A stretch of DNA of 64,000 nt, from contig OZ059895.1 of assembly GCA_964057225.1 (NCBI GenBank), positions 10,540,001-10,604,000 of the forward strand. The letters are read 5' to 3'. Made by a program: the position numbers and the translations under genes. Shown in pieces: positions 28,029 to 39,038 of this stretch (the stretch's first letter is position 1; each line of letters starts with the position of its first letter). The stretch is from Auanema rhodensis. Its lineage: Eukaryota; Animalia; Nematoda. The notes under the pieces are model-generated. The model searched no databases. It saw only the letters and a list, made by a program, of their open reading frames with translations, and had not been told where the DNA came from.

Positions 28029-30683
28029 CCATATTAATCATATTTTCCGGCGGGCTTAAGTTGCTATTTTGTTCAATTTTCATGAAAAAATAAAAATTTT
28101 TAAATGTTTATTTTTCGCCCTAGAAATACGTGCAACATCTTATTATCTAAGAAAACTTGAAAATTAAATGATTGATAAAGTAAAACAGATTTTGTTAGCA
28201 CAGAAACATATTAATCATATTTTAAGGCGGGCTCAAGTTGCTATTTTGTTCGATTTTCATGAAAAAATAAAAGTTTTAAAATGTTTATTTTTAGCCCTAG
28301 AAATACGTGCAACATCTTATTATCTAAGAAAATTTGAAAATTAAATAATTGAAAAAGTAAAACAGATTTTGTTAGCACAGAAACATATTAATCATATTTT
28401 AAGGCGGGCTAAAGTTGCTATTTTGTTCGATTTTCATGAAAAAATAAAAGTTTTAAAATGTTTATTTTTAGCCCTAGAAATACGTGCAACATCTTATTAT
28501 CTAAGAAAATTTGAAAATTAAATAATTGAAAAAGTAAAACAGATTTTGTTAGCACAGAAACATATTAATCATATTTTAAGGCGGGCTAAAGTTGCTATTT
28601 TGTTCGATTTTCATGAAAAAATAAAAATTTTAAAATGTTTATTTTTAGACTCAGAAATACGTGCAACATCTTATTATCTAAGAAAATTTGAAAATTAAAT
28701 AATTGAAAAAGTAAAACCGATTTTGTTAGCCCAGAAACATATTAATCATATTTTAAGGCGGGCTCAAGTTGCTATTTTGTTCGATTTTCATGAAAAAATA
28801 AAAATTTTAAAATGTTTATTTTTAGCCCTAGAAATACGTGCAACATCTTATTATCTAAGAAAATTTGAAAATTAAATAATTGAAAAAGTAAAACAGATTT
28901 TGTTAGCACAGAAACATATTAATCATATTTTAAGGCGGGCTAAAGTTGCTATTTTGTTCGATTTTCATGAAAAAATAAAAATTTTAAAATGTTTATTTTT
29001 AGCCCTAGAAATACGTGCAACATCTTATTATCTAAGAAAATTTGAAAATTAAATAATTGAAAAAGTAAAACAGATTTTGTTAGCACAGAAACATATTAAT
29101 CATATTTTAAGGCGGGCTAAAGTTGCTATTTTGTTCGATTTTCATGAAAAAATAAAAATTTTAAAATGTTTATTTTTAGCCTCAGAAATACGTGCAACAT
29201 CTTATTATCTAAGAAAACTTGAAAATTAAATGATTGATAAAGTAAAACAGATTTTGTTAGCACAGAAACATATTAATCATATTTTAAGGCGGGCTCAAGT
29301 TGCTATTTTGTTCGATTTTCATGAAAAAATAAAAGTTTTAAAATGTTTATTTTTAGCCCTAGAAATACGTGCAACATCTTATTATCTAAGAAAATTTGAA
29401 AATTAAATAATTGAAAAAGTAAAACAGATTTTGTTAGCACAGAAACATATTAATCATATTTTAAGGCGGGCTAAAGTTGCTATTTTGTTCGATTTTCATG
29501 AAAAAATAAAAGTTTTAAAATGTTTATTTTTAGCCTCAGAAATACGTGCAACATCTTATTATCTAAGAAAACTTGAAAATTAAATGATTGATAAAGTAAA
29601 ACAGATTTTGTTAGCACAGAAACATATTAATCATATTTTAAGGCGGGCTCAAGTTGCTATTTTGTTCGATTTTCATGAAAAAATAAAAATTTTAAAATGT
29701 TTATTTTTAGCCTCAGAAATACGTGCAACATCTTATTATCTAAGAAAACTTGAAAATTAAATGATTGAAAAAGTAAAACAGATTTTGTTAGCACAGAAAC
29801 ATATTAATCATATTTTAAGGCGGGCTAAAGTTGCTATTTTGTTCGATTTTCATGAAAAAATAAAAATTTTAAAATGTTTATTTTTAGCCTCAGAAATACG
29901 TGCAACATCTTATTATCTAAGAAAATTTGAAAATTAAATAATTGAAAAAGTAAAACAGATTTTGTTAGCACAGAAACATATTAATCATATTTTAAGGCGG
30001 GCTAAAGTTGCTATTTTGTTCGATTTTCATGAAAAAATAAAAATTTTAAAATGTTTATTTTTAGCCTCAGAAATACGTGCAACATCTTATTATCTAAGAA
30101 AACTTGAAAATTAAATGATTGAAAAAGTAAAACAGATTTTGTTAGCACAGAAACATATTAATCATATTTTAAGGCGGGCTCAAGTTGCTATTTTGTTCGA
30201 TTTTCATGAAAAAATAAAAGTTTTAAAATGTTTATTTTTAGCCCTAGAAATACGTGCAACATCTTATTATCTAAGAAAATTTGAAAATTAAATAATTGAA
30301 AAAGTAAAACCGATTTTGTTAGCACAGAAACATATTAATCATATTTTAAGGCGGGCTAAAGTTGCTATTTTGTTCGATTTTCATGAAAAAATAAAAATTT
30401 TAAAATGTTTATTTTTAGCCTCAGAAATACGTGCAACATCTTATTATCTAAGAAAACTTGAAAATTAAATGATTGATAAAGTAAAACAGATTTTGTTAGC
30501 ACAGAAACATATTAATCATATTTTAAGGCGGGCTCAAGTTGCTATTTTGTTCGATTTTCATGAAAAAATAAAAATTTTAAAATGTTTATTTTTAGCCTCA
30601 GAAATACGTGCAACATCTTATTATCTAAGAAAATTTGAAAATTAAATAATTGAAAAAGTAAAACCGATTCTGTTAGCCCAGGA
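28029..30683 (+). repeat. Homogeneous run of 15 consecutive 177-bp monomers
   Basis: TATTATCTAAG recurs every 177 bp from 28141 to 30619, with no A-type or C-type tails in between. 15x177 = 2655 bp. Confidence 0.93.
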
Positions 30684-31639
30684 ACATATTAATCATATTT
30701 TAATTTAAGGCGGGCTCAAGTTGCTATTTTGTTCGATTTTCATGAAAAAATAAAAATTTTAAAATGTTTATTTTTAGCCCTAGAAATACGTGCAACATCT
30801 TACTCAACTCAAAATCAACTGTTTGATAATATAAATTAGGTTTTGTGAGCATATATCCATAGTAATCATGTTTTGCGGCGGGTTCAACTTGCTATTTCGT
30901 TTGATTTTTATGAAAAATTAAATATTCTAAATTTTTTATTTCTTGTCCTAGAAAAACGTGCTACATCTCATTAAACTAAGAATTAGTTGATTGAATAGGC
31001 AAAACAAATTTTGTTAGCACAGAAAAATATTAATCATATTTTCCGGCGGGCTCAAGTTGCTATTTTGTTCGATTTTCATGAAAAAATAAAAGTTTTAAAA
31101 TGTTTATTTTTAGCCCTAGAAATACGTGCAACATCTTACTCAACTCAAAATCAACTGTTTGATAATATAAATAAAATTTTGTGAGCATATATCCATAGTA
31201 ATCATGTTTTGCGGCGGGTTCAACTTGCTATTTCGTTTGATTTTTATGAAAAATTAAATATTCTAAAACTTTTATTTCTTGTCCTAGAAATACGTGCTAC
31301 ATCTCATTAAACTAAGAATTAGTTGATTGAAAAGGCAAAACAAATTTTGTGAGCATATACCCATAGTAATCATGTTTTGCGGCGTGCTCAAGTTGCTATT
31401 TTGTTCGATTTTTATGAAAAATTAAATATTTTCAAATGTTTATTTTTCGCCCTAGAAATACGTGCAACATCTTATTATCTAAGAAAATTTGAAAATTAAA
31501 TGATTGAAAAAGTAAAACAGATTTTGTTAGCACAGAAACATATTAATCATATTTTACGGCGGGCTCAAGTTGCTATTTTGTTCGATTTTTATGAAAAATT
31601 GAAAATTTTAAAATGTTTATTTTTAGCCCTAGAAATACG

Positions 31640-33712
31640 TGCAACATCTTATTCAACTCAAAATCAACTGTTTGATAATATAAATTAGGTTTTGTGAGCA
31701 TATATCCATAGTAATCATGTTTTGCGGCGGGTTCAACTTGCTATTTCGTTTGATTTTTATGAAAAATTAAATATTTTAAAAATTTTATTTCTTGTCCTAG
31801 AAATACGTGCTACATCTCATTAAACTAAGAATTAGTTGACTGAGAAGGCAAAACAAATTTTGTTAGCACAGAACCATATTAATCATATTTTCCGGCGGGC
31901 TCAAGTTGCTATTTTGTTCGATTTTTATGAAAAAATAAAAATTTTAAATTGTTTATTTTTAGCCCTAGAAATACGTGCAACATCTTATTATCTAAGAAAA
32001 TTTGAAAATTAAATAATTGAAAAAGTAAAACAGATTTTGTTAGCACAGAAACATATTGATCATATTTTAAGGCGGGCTCAAGTTGCTATTTTGTTCGATT
32101 TTTATGAAAAATTGAAAATTTTAAAATGTTTATTTTTAGCCCTAGAAATACGTGCAACATCTTATTCAACTCAAATTCAACTGTTTGATAATATAAATTA
32201 GGTTTTGTGAGCATATATCCATAGTAATCATGTTTTGCGGCGGGTTCAACTTGCTATTTCGTTTGATTTTTATGAAAAATTAAATATTTTAAAAATTTTA
32301 TTTCTTGTCCTAGAAATACGTGCTACATCTCATTAAACTAAGAATTAGTTGATTGAGAAGGCAAAACAAATTTTGTTAGCACAGAACCATATTAATCATA
32401 TTTTCCGGCGGGCTCAAGTTTCTATTTTGTTCGATTTTCATGAAAAAATAAAAGTTTTAAAATGTTTATTTTTAGCCCTAGAAATACGTGCAATATCTTA
32501 TTATCTGAGAAAATTTGAAAATTAAATGATTGAAAAAGTAAAACAGATTTTGTTAGCACAGAAACATATTAATCATATTTTAATTTAAGGCGGGCTCAAG
32601 TTGCTATTTTGTTCGATTTTCATGAAAAAAAAAAAATTTTAAAATGTTTATTTTTAGCCCTAGAAATACGTGCAACATCTTATTCAACTCAAAATCAACT
32701 GTTTGATAATATAAATTAGGTTTTGTGAGCATATATCCATAGTAATCATGTTTTGCGGCGGGTTCAACTTGCTATTTCGTTTGATTTTTATGAAAAATTA
32801 AATATTTTAAAAATTTTATTTCTTGTCCTAGAAATACGTGCTACATCTCATTAAACTAAGAATTAGTTGACTGAGAAGGCAAAACAAATTTTGTTAGCAC
32901 AGAACCATATTAATCATATTTTCCGGCGGGCTCAAGTTGCTATTTTGTTCGATTTTTATGAAAAAATAAAAATTTTAAATTGTTTATTTTTAGCCCTAGA
33001 AATACGTGCAACATCTTATTATCTAAGAAAATTTGAAAATTAAATAATTGAAAAAGTAAAACAGATTTTGTTAGCACAGAAACATATTGATCATATTTTA
33101 AGGCGGGCTCAAGTTGCTATTTTGTTCGATTTTTATGAAAAATTGAAAATTTTAAAATGTTTATTTTTAGCCCTAGAAATACGTGCAACATCTTATTCAA
33201 CTCAAATTCAACTGTTTGATAATATAAATTAGGTTTTGTGAGCATATATCCATAGTAATCATGTTTTGCGGCGGGTTCAACTTGCTATTTCGTTTGATTT
33301 TTATGAAAAATTAAATATTTTAAAAATTTTATTTCTTGTCCTAGAAATACGTGCTACATCTCATTAAACTAAGAATTAGTTGATTGAGAAGGCAAAACAA
33401 ATTTTGTTAGCACAGAACCATATTAATCATATTTTCCGGCGGGCTCAAGTTTCTATTTTGTTCGATTTTCATGAAAAAATAAAAGTTTTAAAATGTTTAT
33501 TTTTAGCCCTAGAAATACGTGCAATATCTTATTATCTGAGAAAATTTGAAAATTAAATGATTGAAAAAGTAAAACAGATTTTGTTAGCACAGAAACATAT
33601 TAATCATATTTTAATTTAAGGCGGGCTCAAGTTGCTATTTTGTTCGATTTTCATGAAAAAAAAAAAATTTTAAAATGTTTATTTTTAGCCCTAGAAATAC
33701 GTGCAACATCTT
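31640..33712 (+). repeat. Tandem duplication, period 1031 bp (2x513 + 5)
   Basis: Private variant AGTTGACTGAG (C at 31840/32871). CAAATTCAAC, GCAATATC and an A12 tract recur at the same offset. Confidence 0.85.
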
Positions 33713-36700
33713 ACTCAACTCAAAATCAACTGTTTGATAATATAAATTAGGTTTTGTGAGCATATATCCATAGCAATCATGTTTTGCGGCGGGTTCAACT
33801 TGCTATTTCGTTTGATTTTTATGAAAAATTAAATATTCTAAAAATTTTATTTCTTGTCCTAGAAATACGTGCTACATCTCATTAAACTTAGAATTAGTTG
33901 ATTGAAAAGGCAAAACAAATTTTGTGAGCATATACCCAGAGTAATCATGTTTTGCGGCGTGCTCAAGTTGCTATTTTGTTCGATTTTTATGAAAAATTAA
34001 ATATTTTCAAATGTTTATTTTTAGCCCTAGAAATACGTGCAACATCTTATTCAACTCAAAATCAACTGTTTGATAATATAAATTAGGTTTTGTGAGCATA
34101 TATCCATAGTAATCATGTTTTGCGGCGGGTTCAACTTGCTATTTCGTTTGATTTTTATGAAAAATTAAATATTTTAAAAATTTTATTTCTTGTCCTAGAA
34201 ATACGTGCTACATCTCATTAAACTAAGAATTAGTTGATTGAGAAGGCAAAACAAATTTTGTTAGCACAGAACCATATTAATCATATTTTCCGGCGGGCTC
34301 AAGTTTCTATTTTGTTCGATTTTCATGAAAAAATAAAAATTTTAAAATGTTTATTTTTAGCCTCAGAAATACGTGCAACATCTTATTATCTGAGAAAATT
34401 TGAAAATTAAATGATTGAAAAAGTAAAACAGATTTTGTTAGCACAGAAACATATTAATCATATTTTAATTTAAGGCGGGCTCAAGTTGCTATTTTGTTCG
34501 ATTTTCATGAAAAAATAAAAATTTTAAAATGTTTATTTTTAGCCCTAGAAATACGTGCAACATCTTACTCAACTCAAAATCAACTGTTTGATAATATAAA
34601 TTAGGTTTTGTGAGCATATATCCATAGCAATCATGTTTTGTGGCGGGTTCAACTTGCTATTTCGTTTGATTTTTATGAAAAATTAAATATTCTAAAACTT
34701 TTATTTCTTGTCCTAGAAGTACGTGCTACATCTCATTGAACTAAGAATTAGTTGATTGAGAAAACAAAACAAATTTTGTTAGCACAGAACCATATTAATC
34801 ATATTTTCCGGCGGGCTCAAGTTGCTATTTTCTTCGATTTTCATGAAAAAATAAAAATTTTAAAATTTTTATTTTTAGCCCTAGAAATACGTGCAACATC
34901 TTATTATCTAAGAAAATTTGAAAATTAAATAATTGAAAAAGTAAAACAGATTTTGTTAGCACAGAAACATATTAATCATATTTTAAGGTGGGCTCAAGTT
35001 GCTATTTTGTTCGATTTTCATGAAAAAATAAAAATTTTAAAATGTTTATTTTTAGCCCTAGTAATACGTGCAACATCTTACTCAACTCAAAATTAACTGT
35101 TTGATAATATAAATTAGGTTTTGTGAGCATATATCCATAGCAATCATGTTTTGCGGCGGGTTCAACTTGCTATTTCGTTTGATTTTTATGAAAAATTAAA
35201 TATTCTAAAAATTTTATTTCTTGTCCTAGAAATACGTGCTACATCTCATTAAACTAAGAATTAGTTGATTGAGGAGGCAAAACAGATTTTGTTAGCAGAG
35301 AAACATATTAATCATATTTTGAGGCGGGCTCAATTTGCTATTTTGTTCGATTTTCATGAAAAAATAAAAATTTTAAAATGTTTATTTTTAGCCCTAGAAA
35401 TACGTGCAACATCTTACTCAACTCAAAATCAACTGTTTAATAATATAATTTAGGTTTTGTGAGCATATATCCATAGCAATCATGTTTTGCGGCGGGTTCA
35501 ACTTGCTATTTCGTTTGATTTTTATGAAAAATTAAATATTCTAAAAATTTTATTTCTTGTCCTAGAAATACGTGCTACATCTCATTAAACTAAGAATTAG
35601 TTGATTGAGGAGGCAAAACAAATTTTGTTAGCACAGAACCGTATTAATCATATTTTCCGGCGGGCTCAAGTTGCTATTTTGCTCGATTTTCATGAAAAAA
35701 TAAAAATTTTAAAATGTTTATTTTTAGCCTTAGAAATACGTGCAACATCTTACTCAACTCAAAATCAACTGTTTGATAATATAAATTAGGTTTTGTGAGC
35801 ATATATCCATAGTTATCATGTTTTGCGGCGGGTTCAACTTGCTATTTCGTTTGATTTTTATGAAAAATTAAATATTCTAAAAATTTTATTTCTTGTCCTT
35901 GAAATACGTGCTACATCTCTTTGAACTAAGAATTAGTTGATTGAGAAGGCAAAACAAATTTTGTTAGCACAGAACCATATTAATCATATTTTCCGGCGGG
36001 CTTAAGTTGCTATTTTGTTCGATTTTCATGAAAAAATAAAAATTTTTAAATGTTTATTTTTAGCCCTAGAAATACGTGCAACATCTTATTATCTAAAAAA
36101 ATTTGAAAATGAAATAATTGAAAAAGTAAAACAGATTTTGTTAGCACAGAAACATATTAATCATATTTTAAGGCGGGCTCAAGTTGCTATTTTGTTCGAT
36201 TTTCATGAAAAAATAAAAATTTTAAAATGTTTATTTTTAGCCCTAGTAATACGTGCAACATCTTACTCAACTCAAAATTAACTGTTTGATAATATAAATT
36301 AGGTTTTGTGAGCATATATCCATAGCAATCATGTTTTGCGGCGGGTTCAACTTGCTATTTCGTTTGATTTTTATGAAAAATTAAATATTCTAAAAATTTT
36401 ATTTCTTGTCCTAGAAATACGTGCTACATCTCATTAAACTAAGAATTAGTTGATTGAGAAGGCAAAACAAATTTTGTTAGCACAGAACCATATTAATCAT
36501 ATTTTCCGGCGGGCTCAAGTTGCTATTTTGTTCGATTTTCATGAAAAAATAAAAATTTTAAAATGTTTATTTCTAACCCTAGAAATACGTGCAACATCTT
36601 ATTATCTAAGAAAATTTGAAAATGAAAAAATTGAAAAAGTAAAACAGATTTTGTTAGCACAGAAACATATTAATCATATTTTAAGGTGGGCTCAAGTTGC

Positions 36701-39038
36701 TATTTTGTTCGATTTTCATGAAAAAATAAAAATTTTAAAATGTTTATTTTTAGCCCTAGTAATACGTGCAACATCTTACTCAACTCAAAATTAACTGTTT
36801 GATAATATAAATTAGGTTTTGTGAGCATATATCCATAGCAATCATGTTTTGCGGCGGGTTCAACTTGCTATTTCGTTTGATTTTTATGAAAAATTAAATA
36901 TTCTAAAAATTTTATTTCTTGTCCTAGAAATACGTGCTACATCTCATTAAACTAAGAATTAGTTGATTGAGGAGGCAAAACAAATTTTGTTAGCACAGAA
37001 CCGTATTAATCATATTTTCCGGCGGGCTCAAGTTGCTATTTTGCTCGATTTTCATGAAAAAATAAAAATTTTAAAATGTTTATTTTTAGCCCTAGAAATA
37101 CGTGCAACATCTTACTCAACTCAAAATCAACTGTTTGATAATATAAATTAGGTTTTGTGAGCATATATCCATAGTAATCATGTTTTGCGGCGGGTTCAAC
37201 TTGCTATTTCGTTTGATTTTTATGAAAAATTAAATATTCTAAAAATTTTATTTCTTGTCCTAGAAATACGTACTACATCTCTTTGAACTAAGAATTAGTT
37301 GATTGAGAAGGCAAAACAAATTTTGTTAGCACAGAACCATATTAATCATATTTTCCGGCGGGCTTAAGTTGCTATTTTGTTCGATTTTCATGAAAAAATA
37401 AAAATTTTTAAATGTTTATTTTTTGCCCTAGAAATACGTGCAACATCTTATTATCTAAGAAAAATTGAAAATTAAATGATTGAAAAAGTAAAACAGATTT
37501 TGTTAGCATAGAAACATATTAATCATATTTTAAGGCGGGCTCAAGTTGCTATTTTGTTCGATTTTCATGAAAAAATAAAAATTTTTAAATGTTTATTTTT
37601 AGCCCTAGAAATACGTGCAACATCTTACTCAACTCAAAATTAACTGTTTGATAATATAAATTAGGTTTTGTGAGCATATATCCATAGTAATCATGTTTTG
37701 CGGCGGGTTCAACTTGCTATTTCGTTTGATTTTTATGAAAAATTAAATATTCTAAAACTTTTATTTCTTGTCCTAGAAATACGTGCAACATCTTACTCAA
37801 CTCAAAATCAACTGTTTGATAAAATAAATTAGGTTTTGTGAGCATATATCCATAGTTATCATGTTTTGCGGCGGGTTCAACTTGCTATTTCGTTTGATTT
37901 TTATGAAAAATTAAATATTCTAAAAATTTTATTTCTTGTCCTAGAAATACGTGCTACATCTCATTAAACTAAGAATTAGTTGATTGAGGAGGCAAAACAG
38001 ATTTTGTTAGCACAGAAACATATTAATCATATTTTAAGGCGGGCTCAAGTTGCTATTTTGTTCGATTTTCATGAAAAAATAAAAACTTTAAAATGTTTAT
38101 TTTCAGCCCTAGAAATACGTGCAACATCTTACTCAACTCAAAACTAACTGTTTGATGATATAAATTAGGTTTTGTGAGCATATATCCATAGTAATCATGT
38201 TTTGCGGCGGGTTCAACTTGCTATTTCGTTTGATTTTTATGAAAAATTAAATATTCTAAAACTTTTATTTCTTGTCCTAGAAATACGTGCTACATCTCAT
38301 TAAACTAAGAATTAGTTGATTGAGAAGGCAAAACAAATTTTGTTAGCACAGAACCATATTAATCATATTTTCCGGCGGGCTCAAGTTGCTATTTTGTTCG
38401 ATTTTCATGAAAAAATAAAAATTTTAAAATGTTTATTTTTAACCCTAGAAATACGTGCAACATCTTATTATCTAAGAAAATTTGAAAATTAAATAATTGA
38501 AAAAGTAAAACAGATTTTGTTAGCACAGAAACATATTGATCATATTTTAAGGCGGGCTCAAGTTGCTATTTTGTTCGATTTTCATGAAAAAATAAAAATT
38601 TTAAAATGTTTATTTTTAGCCCTAGAAATACGTGCAACATCTTACTCAACTCAAAATCAACTGTTTGATAATATAAATTAGGTTTTGTGAGCATATATCC
38701 ATAGTAATCATGTTTTGCGGCGGGTTCAACTTGCTATTTCGTTTGATTTTTATGAAAAATTAAATATTCTAAAAATTTTATTTCTTGTCCTAGAAATACG
38801 TGCTACATCTTATTAAACTAAGAATTAGTTGATTGAAAAGGCAAAACAAATTTTGTTAGCACAGAACCATATTAATCATATTTTCCGGCGGGCTCAAGTT
38901 GCTATTTTGTTCGATTTTCATGAAAAAATAAAAATTTTAAAATGTTTATTTTTAGCCCTAGAAATACGTGCAACATCTTATTATCTAAGAAAATTTGAAA
39001 ATTAAATAATTGAAAAAGGGAGCGAGGGACTCCAACAG

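Larger units (their letters stand above)
1..39018 (+). repeat. Satellite DNA array, left subfamily: 513-bp trimeric higher-order repeat of 168/177/168-bp monomers
   Basis: First unit read directly: monomer A 1-168 (CCATAGTAATCATG...), B 169-345 (177 bp, tail TATTATCTAAGAAAA), C 346-513 (tail TACTCAACTCAAAATCAAC), and A restarts at 514. All monomers share GGCGGG, TTGCTATTT and CCTAGAAATACGTGC. Spacings of the repeated 62-aa ORFs are sums of 168 and 177 (513, 336, 345, 1539). The array runs off the left edge of the window. Confidence 0.98.

Noticed and set aside
36015-36794. Longer 88-aa and 114-aa satellite ORFs
   Set aside because: Produced by a single TAA->GAA change joining two monomers (177 is a multiple of 3). 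No evidence of coding selection.
1-39018. CRISPR array or array of ncRNA/tRNA genes
   Set aside because: No unique spacers: the entire unit repeats. No cas genes and no tRNA, 5S or spliced-leader structure recognised.
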